DNA from: Candidatus Eiseniibacteriota bacterium
GTDB taxonomy: Bacteria > Eisenbacteria > RBG-16-71-46 > CAIMUX01 > VGJL01
Length of the DNA: 64,000 nucleotides
Direction of reading: 5' to 3'
Assembly: GCA_041946735.1 (NCBI GenBank)
Contig: JBHGAY010000001.1
Span: forward strand, 32,001 to 96,000
Shown here: one piece after another, positions 8,774-17,571 of the stretch
Position numbering within the stretch: position 1 is the stretch's first letter
How the letters are laid out: each line of letters starts with the position of its first letter
Position numbers and translations under genes: made by a program
Notes under the pieces: model-generated
Told to the model about the DNA's origin: nothing
Database searches by the model: none
Seen by the model: the letters and a program-made list of their open reading frames with translations, nothing else

Positions 8774-10480
8774 TCAGCGCGAACCGGCCGTCGCCCGGCC
8801 GCCGCCGCCCGGGGCGGCGGACGCGCGGCGATCGAGCCGCACGCGCACGAGCGCCACGCCGACGAGGTAGAGGGCGAGCAGGATCAGCGCGATCGCAGCC
8901 AGTCCATTGACCATCTCGAGGTTCAGGCCACGGGCGGCGCGGAAGTTCGCGATCCCGAGCCGCAGGAGAGCGGTCAGCGTCGCGGCCAGCACGAAGAGCA
9001 TCGGCAGCAACGTGAACGCGATCCGCTTGCGGGCGCGATGGAGCCAGTAGGTGACGGCGAGCAGCGTCAGCGCCGCGAGGAGCTGGTTCGAGGCGCCGAA
9101 GAGCGTCCAGAACTTCGCCCAGCTCCCCGCGCTCGTCGCGAGCAGGAAATAGAGCGGCAGTGCAGCGGTGATCAGCGTGCCGGCGAGCGCGCCCCACCGT
9201 CCCCGCCATCCGGTCAGCTCCTGCAGAATGTAGCGGCCGAGCCGCATGCAGACGTCGAGCGTGTCGAAGACGAACGTCGAGAACGCCATCGCGCCGAAGG
9301 TGACGGCGAACGCCAGGTTCTTCTCGCCGACCAGGAGCGTGAGGAAGCGGCCGATTCCGTTGCCGTAGATCGTTCCGGGAGCCAGGCCGGCCAGATTCCG
9401 GGGCGCGACGATCATGATCGTCACGAGCGCGATCAGCGCTACGAACCCTTCGGCCAGCATTGCGCCGTAGCCGATCGGCTTCATGTGGCTCTCGCGCGCG
9501 ATCTGCTTCGACGTCGTCCCCGAGCAGACGAGGCCGTGGAATCCCGAACAGGCGCCGCAGGCGATCGTCACGAACAGGAACGGGAAGAGCGCGCCGGTCA
9601 TTCCCCCCACGTCCCAGGAGCGGAAGGCCGGCTGCTGGATCGAGTAGCCGCCGAAGAGCACGCCGATCACGCCGGCCGCGAGCGCGGAGTACAGGACGAA
9701 CCCTCCGAGATACCCGCGCGGCTGCAGGAGCGACCAGACCGGGACGACGGAGGCGACGCAGCAGTAGGCGAGGATCAGCAACGCCCAGGTGCGATGGTCG
9801 AGAAGCAGCACGTGGGAGACGTGCGTCCCGAGCCATGCAAGCCCGAAGGTGGCGGGCACGAAGACGAGGGTGGCCAGCCAGAGAGGCGGCTTCAGGAAAC
9901 GGTTGACGATCCCCAGGACGACGGCGAGGGCGAGGTAGAGCACGCTCGCCGCCGCGACCGCGCCGCCGGGATGGAAGGAAACGCCTCCTTGCCGCAGCTC
10001 TTCGGTCCCGGCGACGAAACTGCCCGCCGTGATGTCGGAGAACGCGACGATCACGTAGACCAGGGCGATCCAGATGAAGACCAGGATTGCGCGTCCCGCT
10101 CCGGTCCCGAGGTGCTCGCGCGTGATCTCGGCGATCGATTGCGCGCCGTGCCGCACGGAAGCCGCGAGGCTCGTGAAGTCGTGGACCGCGCCGATCAGCA
10201 CGACTCCGAAGCCGATCCAGATCAGACACGGCAGCCACCCGAAGGCCTGGCAAGCGAGGATCGGGCCGGCGATCGGCCCGGCGGCGGCGATGGCGGAGAA
10301 GTGCTGGGCGAAGAGGTAGAACGGAGGGGTCGGCACGAAGTCCACTCCGTCGTTCACGGTCCGCGCCGGGGTCGTGCGCGCGTCGTCGACCGCGAGTTGC
10401 CGCGCGATCCAGCGCCCATAGAGCTGGTAGGCAAGGACGAGGACGACGAGGAATCCCACCGCGAGAATCGTCAAAGACAT
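8774..10480 (-). CDS. cstA: Carbon starvation protein A (CstA-family peptide/pyruvate transporter)
   Basis: TPA..NDGVDFVPT, HFSAIAAAGPIAGP, GAVHDF, FPFLFVTIACGACSGFHGLV, YGAMLAEG, WTLFGASNQLLA; ATG at 10480. Confidence 0.92.
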   Translation of the reverse strand: MSLTILAVGFLVVLVLAYQLYGRWIARQLAVDDARTTPARTVNDGVDFVPTPPFYLFAQHFSAIAAAGPIAGPILACQAFGWLPCLIWIGFGVVLIGAVHDFTSLAASVRHGAQSIAEITREHLGTGAGRAILVFIWIALVYVIVAFSDITAGSFVAGTEELRQGGVSFHPGGAVAAASVLYLALAVVLGIVNRFLKPPLWLATLVFVPATFGLAWLGTHVSHVLLLDHRTWALLILAYCCVASVVPVWSLLQPRGYLGGFVLYSALAAGVIGVLFGGYSIQQPAFRSWDVGGMTGALFPFLFVTIACGACSGFHGLVCSGTTSKQIARESHMKPIGYGAMLAEGFVALIALVTIMIVAPRNLAGLAPGTIYGNGIGRFLTLLVGEKNLAFAVTFGAMAFSTFVFDTLDVCMRLGRYILQELTGWRGRWGALAGTLITAALPLYFLLATSAGSWAKFWTLFGASNQLLAALTLLAVTYWLHRARKRIAFTLLPMLFVLAATLTALLRLGIANFRAARGLNLEMVNGLAAIALILLALYLVGVALVRVRLDRRASAAPGGGGRATAGSR

Positions 10481-10488
10481 GACGCGCC

Positions 10489-10518
10489 AGTATGCGCTTC
10501 GCTCCCGGGGACGGTCAA
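10489..10518 (-). promoter_or_regulatory. sigma70-type promoter for cstA (leaderless-type)
   Basis: Minus strand TTGACC-N18-CATACT-N8-ATG; no Shine-Dalgarno before the start codon. Confidence 0.5.
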
Positions 10519-10671
10519 CGAACAGAAACCCGATGACGGGCGCCGGCCGGTGTGCGACGATCCCGGCGCCGGTCGTGACCCCGGCGCTCGACCTTCGGTC
10601 TTGGTGCGAAGCTCCTCGAGACGGGAGAGGAGGCCGGAGGGAGAGGCGGCCGGCATGAGGTCGGTGCACGC

Positions 10672-12249
10672 ATGAGACTCGAGGCTCGCCTCGCCCTGAT
10701 CCTGGTCGGTGTCGTCGCACTCGCCGGCCTCGGCGCGCTCACCGCCCTGCTCGCCGCCCGCTCGCTCGGAGAGACGATGGAGGAGATCATCACCTCCAAC
10801 GTCTCCAGCGTGCGAGCCGCCGAGGAGCTGGAGATCTCCCTGCTCGAGCAGCGCGGTCTCACCTCCGCTTTCCTCCTGGACGACGGCAACGAGGCGTGGC
10901 TCCAGGAGCTCGAGACCCGCCGGGCCGAGTTCGAGAAGTGGCTCGCCCGCGCCCGCGCGGCCGCCCGTGAGCCGGAGGAGCATCGGATCCTTGCGGATCT
11001 CGGCACGACCTACCTGCGCTACGACGCGGTGCGCGACAGGGTGCTGGAGACCTACCGGAGAGGGGAGAAAGACCAGGCGCGCCGGCTGCAGCTCGGCTCC
11101 GTCAAGGAGCTGTCCGAGGCGACCTACCAGCTTTCCGAAGCGCTCATCGCGACGAACGAGCGGGCGATGGACCGGAGCGTCCAGGCGGCCCGCCGGAAGA
11201 TCGCCCGCACCACGCTTCTCGTCTCGGGATCGCTGGGCCTGACGATCCTCGGAAGCCTGGCGCTCCTCCTCGCGTTCGTGCGAGGCGTGCTCAATCCGGT
11301 CCGCCGTCTCGCTCGTGAGGCGCGGGAGGCGCGCGGCGAGGAGGCGCCTTCCCGGCTCGCGGGTCCCGAGGACGAGCTGCGCGAGGTCGGCCGCTACCTG
11401 CGCGATCTCGTCAGCGACGTGGAGGAGTCCCGCGAACAGATCGAGCGAAGCCGGGTCCATCTGGAGAGCGCCGAGAAGCTGGCGAGCGTCGGCAAGCTGG
11501 CGGCGAGCGTGGCGCACGAGATCCGCAATCCCCTGACCTCGATCCGCATGCGGCTCTACACGCTTCGCCATCAGATCGGCAGCGGTGGTAGCGGCGGAGG
11601 AGGCGGCAGCGCTGGGGGAAGTGGCGGTCGTGGCGGCGGCGGCGGGATCGATGGGGCCGGCGGAGTCGACCTCGCCGATCAAGCGGAGGACTTCGAGGTC
11701 ATCGACTCGGAACTGCGGCGGCTCGAGTCGATCGTGCACAACTTCCTCGAGTTTTCCCGTCCCCCGCAGCTCTCGCCTCGCGTCGAGCCGATCCCCCCGC
11801 TGATCGAACAGACGCTCGAGCTGATGGAGCCCTGGCTCGAGTCCCGTCGCGTCCGCGTCCACTGCGATCTCGAGACGGACCTTCCCCGCGTCTTCGCCGA
11901 CGCCGCGCAGATCCGCCAGGTCTTCGTGAACCTGATCCGCAACGCGGTCGAGGCAATGCCCGAGGGAGGGGAGCTGACCGTGACCGGTTGCGCCGCACGC
12001 AATCCGTCCGGATCGGACGGCGTCGCGCTGCGCTTCGAGGACACCGGGCCGGGGATCGCGGACGAGGCGCGGGAGCGTATCTTCGATCCGTTCTTCACGA
12101 CGAAGGCGGAGGGAACCGGCCTGGGGTTGACGATCGCCGCCTGGATCGTCGCCCGGCACGAGGGTCGCCTGGACCTCGAGGGGACCGGGCCGCGCGGAAG
12201 CCGATTCTCCCTTTGGCTGCCCTCCGCAGCCGCGCATCGGGAGGGATGA
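10672..12249 (+). CDS. Membrane sensor histidine kinase (four-helix-bundle sensor, HAMP, HisKA, HATPase)
   Basis: Two TM helices flanking a helical periplasmic domain; H-box AHEIRNPL; NLIRNAVEAM; DTGPGI, FDPFFTTK, GTGLGL. Confidence 0.92.
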   Translation: MRLEARLALILVGVVALAGLGALTALLAARSLGETMEEIITSNVSSVRAAEELEISLLEQRGLTSAFLLDDGNEAWLQELETRRAEFEKWLARARAAAREPEEHRILADLGTTYLRYDAVRDRVLETYRRGEKDQARRLQLGSVKELSEATYQLSEALIATNERAMDRSVQAARRKIARTTLLVSGSLGLTILGSLALLLAFVRGVLNPVRRLAREAREARGEEAPSRLAGPEDELREVGRYLRDLVSDVEESREQIERSRVHLESAEKLASVGKLAASVAHEIRNPLTSIRMRLYTLRHQIGSGGSGGGGGSAGGSGGRGGGGGIDGAGGVDLADQAEDFEVIDSELRRLESIVHNFLEFSRPPQLSPRVEPIPPLIEQTLELMEPWLESRRVRVHCDLETDLPRVFADAAQIRQVFVNLIRNAVEAMPEGGELTVTGCAARNPSGSDGVALRFEDTGPGIADEARERIFDPFFTTKAEGTGLGLTIAAWIVARHEGRLDLEGTGPRGSRFSLWLPSAAAHREG

Positions 12250-13781
12250 TGAGCCGTATCGTAGTCGTCGACGACGAGCCGCAGATCCTCGCCTCGTTCG
12301 CGAAGCTGCTGCGCAGCCGCGGCCACGAGGTCGAGACGTACCGGCGGGCCGAGGAGGGAATGGAGGCGATCTCGCGCGAGGTCCCCGATCTGCTCGTGAT
12401 GGACATCCGTCTGCCGGGGATGAATGGGCTCGACGCCCTTCGCCGAACGCACGAGATCCATCCGCGCCTCCCCGTGATCTTGATGACCGGCTACGGGACG
12501 ATGCAGACGGCGGTCGAGGCGACGAAGCGCGGCGCGTTCGACTATCAGCTGAAGCCGTTCGATCCGGAGAAGCTGATCGAGGCGATCGATCGCGCGCTGG
12601 CCGGAGCGCGCCTGATGCGCCGGCCGGTCGAGCTGGATCCGGTGGCGCCGCCGGAGCAGGGAGACGCGTTGATCGGCCAGTCGGCCGCGATGCAGGAGGT
12701 GTACAAGACGATCGGCCGCGTCGCTCCCACCGACGCGACGGTGCTGATCCGCGGCGAGACCGGCACCGGGAAGGAGCTGGTCGCGCGCGCGATCTACCAG
12801 CACAGCCGGCGCAGCGCGGCGCCGCTCGTCGCGGTCAACTGCGCCGCGATCCCGGAGACCCTGCTCGAGAGCGAGCTGTTCGGGCACGAGCGCGGGGCCT
12901 ACACCGGAGCGGTCGCCAGCCGCATCGGCCGCTTCGAGCAGGCGCAAGGAGGCACGCTCTTCCTCGACGAGATCGGAGAGCTGCCCTCGCTCGTGCAGGC
13001 GAAGGTGCTGCGCGTGCTCCAGGAGAGAAGCTTCGAGAGGCTCGGCGGGACGGACACCGTGCGGGTCGACGTACGGCTCCTCGCCGCCACCAACCGCGAT
13101 CTCGAGAAGGCGATCCCCCAGGGGGAGTTCCGCGAGGACCTCTACCATCGCCTCCACGTCGTCACGATCCACCTGCCGCCGCTGCGGCAGCACCGGGAGG
13201 ACATCCCGCGCCTCGCCGCCTACTTCCTCGACCGCTTCTCGCGCGAGTTGGCGGTGGAGCGGCCGATCCTCGCGCCCGAGGCGCAGGAGACGCTGCTGGC
13301 CCATCCCTGGCCGGGCAACGTCCGGGAGCTGGAGAACGCGATCCAGCGCGCCGTGATCTTCACCCGGGGCTATCCGATCCAGAAGGCGGACATCCTGCGC
13401 GCCCTCGAAGGGGCTGCAACGCCCGGTGGGCCAACGACGGGAACGGGGACGGGGACGGGGACGGGAACGGGGACGGCGGAGGATGGGGGACGAGTGGCGA
13501 GGCCGGCTGGGACTGCCGCGGCGGGATCGGGACCGGCGCAGGCGAACGCGCCCGGCGAGGAGCCGATGCGCGCCATCGTCCGCGCGCATCTCGAAGCCCA
13601 CGCAGGGAACGAGGCGCATGAGAAGCTCCTCGATCTCGTCGACCGCCTGCTCGTCGTCGAGGCGATGCGGATCGCCGGAGGCAACCAGACGCGCGCCGCG
13701 AAGCTCCTCGGGCTCTCTCGCCCAAGCCTCCAGACGCGGCTGCAGAAGCACGGCATCAGGATGGAGCCTCGCGAGGGGTAG
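12246..13781 (+). CDS. sigma54-dependent response regulator (REC-AAA+-Fis HTH, NtrC family)
   Basis: VVDDE/DIRLP receiver; GETGTGKE Walker A; ESELFGHERGAYTGA (GAFTGA variant); FLDEI; WPGNVRELEN; GNQTRAAKLLGLSR; start overlaps the kinase stop. Confidence 0.93.
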   Translation: MMSRIVVVDDEPQILASFAKLLRSRGHEVETYRRAEEGMEAISREVPDLLVMDIRLPGMNGLDALRRTHEIHPRLPVILMTGYGTMQTAVEATKRGAFDYQLKPFDPEKLIEAIDRALAGARLMRRPVELDPVAPPEQGDALIGQSAAMQEVYKTIGRVAPTDATVLIRGETGTGKELVARAIYQHSRRSAAPLVAVNCAAIPETLLESELFGHERGAYTGAVASRIGRFEQAQGGTLFLDEIGELPSLVQAKVLRVLQERSFERLGGTDTVRVDVRLLAATNRDLEKAIPQGEFREDLYHRLHVVTIHLPPLRQHREDIPRLAAYFLDRFSRELAVERPILAPEAQETLLAHPWPGNVRELENAIQRAVIFTRGYPIQKADILRALEGAATPGGPTTGTGTGTGTGTGTAEDGGRVARPAGTAAAGSGPAQANAPGEEPMRAIVRAHLEAHAGNEAHEKLLDLVDRLLVVEAMRIAGGNQTRAAKLLGLSRPSLQTRLQKHGIRMEPREG

Positions 13782-13933
13782 CGCCGGATTCCCTGCGATC
13801 CGCCGGAAACCCGGCACCCGGCACGCGCACCGGCGGAAGGTTCCGCTCAAGTCGCGCGGGCGACTTCGTCGTTCGTTCGCGAAAGCTTCGTGGCTGAAGC
13901 ATCTTGCCGTTGCTCGCCCCGCATCCGCTCCTC

Positions 13934-13949
13934 TGGCACGAGGCGTGCT
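13934..13949 (+). promoter_or_regulatory. sigma54 (-24/-12) promoter
   Basis: TGGCACGAGGCGTGCT: GG-N10-GC with perfect TGGCACG; short palindromes at about 13802-13866 are candidate activator sites. Confidence 0.65.
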
Positions 13950-13960
13950 TCTTCCGGGAC

Positions 13961-14165
13961 GTCCTTGGTCGGCAACGACCTCGTGACGGCTCGTGGAAAC
14001 GGCCACTCCCCGGGAGCAGAAGAACCGCTGTTTCCGGGGAGGCGCCGGCGGCGAAGGCGAAGGCGGGCGTCCCGATCAGCGCGCTCGGCCCTGGGTTCGC
14101 CGCCGGCGCGTTCGTTCGTATCGGCTCGGCACCGGACTCCGAGGGGGAGAGTTTCCGAGCCCCGC
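13961..14165 (+). ncRNA. Candidate sigma54-dependent structured small RNA
   Basis: Five consecutive stem-loops directly after the sigma54 motif, two with GNRA tetraloops, and G-U pairs that only work on the + strand; no RBS-supported ORF; ends approximate. Confidence 0.5.
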
Positions 14166-14196
14166 TCCCACCCGTGGTTCCCGCGACCGTGCCTGC

Positions 14197-15087
14197 CTAA
14201 TCCCCCTGCTCCCCGAGCAGCCCCCGGTGGATCGCCAGATGGCGCAACGCGAGCCGCGGGCGCCCCAGCTCCTCGTAGACCAGCGCGAGATTCATGTGCG
14301 CGTCGGCGAGATTCGGATCGAGCGTGATCGCGTGCCGGTAGTAGCGGACCGCCCGCTCGCCCCGGCCTCGGTCCTGCTCGCAAACGCCGAGATTGAACCA
14401 GGCGGTCGCGTCCTCCGGCCGGGAGCGAGCCGCCTGCCGGTAATGAGCCGCGGCCGCGGAGAGATTGCCTTCCTCGTGAAGCAACCTTCCGAGATTCAGA
14501 TGGGCGTCGGCATGGTCGGGATCGAGCTCGAGCGCGCGGCGATACGCGTCACGCGAAGCCTCCGGCTCGCAGCTCTCAAGGTCGCAGGCCAGCTCGTACC
14601 AGTCGGACGCCTCGAGGCGGCGATCCTCCGCGATCGCCTCGCGCGCGGCCCGGCGCACGAGGGGAGCGACCTCGGCCGCGATCTCGGAGACTTCGAAATC
14701 GAGGATCGTCTGCCCCGAGGCCGGATGCCAGGCGTCCCGGCCGTCGTGAACGACGAGATCCTCACCTTCCGCCGTGATGCGAACCGCGGTGAGATCGCGG
14801 CCGACCGGGAGCTGCTCGCGCAGGCGCGTGAGCGCGGCGCGGAGCCGGCGGGGCGGAACGGTCCGCGAGAGGTCGCGCGCCGTCCGCAGAAGGACGAGGT
14901 CCTGGAAGGAGAAGCGCAAGGCGCCGCGCGCGCCGCGGCGCGGCTCGAGGAGCCCGGCGCGCACGAAGGCGCGGATCTGCTGCTCGGTAAGCCCGAGCGC
15001 GGCCGCGGCCTCGCGGATTCCGTAGCCACTCGGGAAGCTGAGGCGGGCGAGATCGTCCGGACGTCCCTGGCGCTCGATCGTCGTCAT
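14197..15087 (-). CDS. MerR-type HTH + TPR protein
   Basis: YGIREAAAALGLTEQQIRAFVRAGLLEP...FSFQDLVLLR (MerR-like HTH), then about 4 TPRs (DAHLNLGRLL, AWFNLGV, DAHMNLALVY). Confidence 0.8.
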   Translation of the reverse strand: MTTIERQGRPDDLARLSFPSGYGIREAAAALGLTEQQIRAFVRAGLLEPRRGARGALRFSFQDLVLLRTARDLSRTVPPRRLRAALTRLREQLPVGRDLTAVRITAEGEDLVVHDGRDAWHPASGQTILDFEVSEIAAEVAPLVRRAAREAIAEDRRLEASDWYELACDLESCEPEASRDAYRRALELDPDHADAHLNLGRLLHEEGNLSAAAAHYRQAARSRPEDATAWFNLGVCEQDRGRGERAVRYYRHAITLDPNLADAHMNLALVYEELGRPRLALRHLAIHRGLLGEQGD

Positions 15088-15129
15088 GACTCTCCGTTAC
15101 CAGATCCGGAGCGAGAACGAAAGCGCGCG

Positions 15130-16170
15130 TCAAGCTCCTCCGCCGGCGCCCGAGCGCCTCGCCTTCCCCTTTCCATTCGACGAGCCTCTCCCGGCGGCGC
15201 CGGTGCCCGTCTTCTTCTCGTCCGGTAGGGCGGCCGAGCGAGGCGGCCGGCGCGTCGCGGCGCCCGCGCGTCCCCGAGAAGCGGCGGCGGCCCCTTCCGC
15301 TTCGCGCTCGGCGTCCCGGCGCGGGGAGGCGCCCCTGCGCGGGGAGGCTGCGCCGCCGGTGCGCGAGGCGGATCCCTTCCCGCCGCCGGCCGCCGGCGCC
15401 TCCGCGAGGCTCGCCTTCAACGCTTCCATCAGGTCGATCACCTTCGGCGGAGGCGCCTCGCTGGAAGCGATGGTGAACTGCTGCCCCTCGATCTTCTTCT
15501 GCAGGATCTCTTGGAAGCGCTTGCGGCTCTGGTCCTCGTACCGCTCCGGATGGAACTCGTCCGAGGCGGACTGGCGCAGGAGCTGAAGGGCGAGAGCGAG
15601 CTCGGCGTCCTTCACCTCGCCGCCGTTGCCGACGGGGACCTCCGAGATCGGCCGCACCTCCTCCGCGTGACGCAGCTGCTGCATGACGAGACCGCCGTCG
15701 AGCGGCCGCACGAGGACGATGTACTCCTTACCGCGCGCCGCGTAGCGCGCGAGGCCGCCAAGCCCGGTGTCGGCCATCGCCCGCGCGAGGAGCTTGTACG
15801 CGCGATCCCCTCCCTTGTCGGGCCCGAGGTAGTACGCCCGGTCGAAGTAGACGGGATCGATCGTGTCGAGCGGCACGAACTCCTCGATCGCGATCGCCTT
15901 CGTCGCCTCCTCCTCGAGCGCCTCGATCTCCTCCTGGGAGAAAAGGACGAACTGATCCTTGGCGAACTCGTAGCCCTTCACGATCTGGTCCCGATCGACC
16001 TTCTCGTTGTCGGCCGGGCAGACGTACTGCTGTCGGATCGGCGTGCGGCACTTCGCGTGCAGCATCCGGAAGGAGATCCCCTCGCTCGACTGCGCGGTCG
16101 AGAACAGCTTGACGGGGATCGAGACGAGCCCGAAGGACACGGTAGCGGTCGCGATCGATCGGGGGGCCAT
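15130..16170 (-). CDS. ku: NHEJ Ku protein with basic low-complexity C-terminal tail
   Basis: RSIATATVSFGLVSIPVKLF, IVKGYE, IDPVYFDRAYYLGP, AYKLL, VIDLMEALKASL; AGGAGG RBS before ATG 16170. Confidence 0.93.
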   Translation of the reverse strand: MAPRSIATATVSFGLVSIPVKLFSTAQSSEGISFRMLHAKCRTPIRQQYVCPADNEKVDRDQIVKGYEFAKDQFVLFSQEEIEALEEEATKAIAIEEFVPLDTIDPVYFDRAYYLGPDKGGDRAYKLLARAMADTGLGGLARYAARGKEYIVLVRPLDGGLVMQQLRHAEEVRPISEVPVGNGGEVKDAELALALQLLRQSASDEFHPERYEDQSRKRFQEILQKKIEGQQFTIASSEAPPPKVIDLMEALKASLAEAPAAGGGKGSASRTGGAASPRRGASPRRDAEREAEGAAAASRGRAGAATRRPPRSAALPDEKKTGTGAAGRGSSNGKGKARRSGAGGGA

Positions 16171-16541
16171 GAGAGCTTCCTCCTGTCCGGAGCAACCGGT
16201 GCGGGCCTCCCGGTTCTTCTCGACGAACCGGTTCATTCTATCGACTCGGCCCGCCGCCTGAGGAGTCGCAAGTCGACGCGCGGCCGGAGGAAGGGGCGCC
16301 GGGAGCCGGTTCATGGGGCGCCGAAGCGATCGATCGATCGGGAGTGCGGCCCGTTCGAGGGCTCCGTCTGCCCCGCCTCGCTGCGGCGACGGCGGCGACG
16401 CATCGATGGAATCGGATCGAGGTCCGATCCCGTGGCGAAGCTCGAGGCTCGATCCCCGAATCGGCGCGCGCCACACGCGACGCCCCGGTTCGATGCTCGA
16501 TGCTTCGAGACTTTGGACTGCTGGCCTCGCTCGGGAAGAGC

Positions 16542-16581
16542 AGACGCGGAAAAGGAGACACAGAAAAGAGACACAGAAAAG
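16542..16581 (+). repeat. Three near-tandem 13-14 bp A-rich repeats
   Basis: AGACGCGGAAAAGG, AGACACAGAAAAG, AGACACAGAAAAG in the ku/GT2 divergent intergenic region. Confidence 0.7.
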
Positions 16582-16731
16582 CGGTGACGATCCGGGAGCC
16601 GATCGCGCTACCCTCTCCCGGGACGGTCTGGGATGGCGCAGGGGGGGATCCCGGACCGTCGCCTTTCCTTCCCGGAGAAGCCGATTGCGGGGCGCCAGCG
16701 AGATCGGAAGCATGTCTGCAGAAGTCGATCG

Positions 16732-17571
16732 ATGATTACCGAGCATGAGGGTCTCTCGGTCGTCGTGCCGGTGCACGACGAGCAGGACGCGCTCCCGGCC
16801 CTTTGTGAGAATCTGCTCGCGACGCTCGCCCCCCTCGGCCGGCCCTTCGAGATCCTCCTCGTCGACGACGCCAGCCGCGACGCAAGCCCCGAGGTGGCGC
16901 GATCCCTCTCGCGATCCGAGCCGCGTATCCGCAGCCTTCGCCTCTCGCCGCACGCCGGCCAGTCGGGCGCGCTCGCGGCCGGTTTCCGCGCCGCCCGGAT
17001 GCCGGTCATCGTCACCCTCGACGCGGATCTGCAGAACGATCCAGCCGACATCCCGCGCTTGCTCGATGCGCTGCGCGACGCGGACGCGGTCTGCGGAATC
17101 CGCGCGGAGCGGCGCGACACCTGGGTACGACGCGCCTCGAGCCGCATCGCGAACCGCATCCGAGACGGCGTGACCGGCGATCACGTGACCGACACCGGCT
17201 GCGGTTTGAAGGCGTTCCGCGCCGAGTTCCTTCGCGAGATCAAGATGTACCGCGGGCTCCACCGCTTCCTGCCGACCCTGCTGCGCCAGGAGGGGGCGCG
17301 CGTCGTCGAGATCCCCGTCGCGCATCGCCGGCGCACCTCGGGCCGCTCGAAGTACGGCATCCGCAACCGCGCGCTCCCCGCGTTGCGCGACTGCTTCGCC
17401 GTCCGCTGGATGCGCGATCGATCCTTGCGCTACGAGGTGCACGAGGATGCCCCGCCGCCACCGCCTGGATCGCCCGGACCGCCCGGGCCGGCTGGACCGG
17501 CCGGACCCGGGCAGGCAGAGGCGGCCGGCGGCGCGACGGGCGATCAGAGGAGCCGGCGCAGCCTCTCGTAA
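16732..17571 (+). CDS. GT2 polyprenol-phosphate glycosyltransferase (DPM1/ArnC-like)
   Basis: LSVVVPVHDE, LLVDDAS.D, GQSGAL.AGF, TLDADLQNDP, DTGCGLKAFR, HRFLP, R..GRSKY. Confidence 0.88.
   Translation: MITEHEGLSVVVPVHDEQDALPALCENLLATLAPLGRPFEILLVDDASRDASPEVARSLSRSEPRIRSLRLSPHAGQSGALAAGFRAARMPVIVTLDADLQNDPADIPRLLDALRDADAVCGIRAERRDTWVRRASSRIANRIRDGVTGDHVTDTGCGLKAFRAEFLREIKMYRGLHRFLPTLLRQEGARVVEIPVAHRRRTSGRSKYGIRNRALPALRDCFAVRWMRDRSLRYEVHEDAPPPPPGSPGPPGPAGPAGPGQAEAAGGATGDQRSRRSLS

Noticed and set aside
13904..14200. 98-aa + strand ORF as the product of the sigma54 promoter
   Set aside because: Starts upstream of the promoter, has no RBS and no recognisable features; the non-coding RNA reading fits better.
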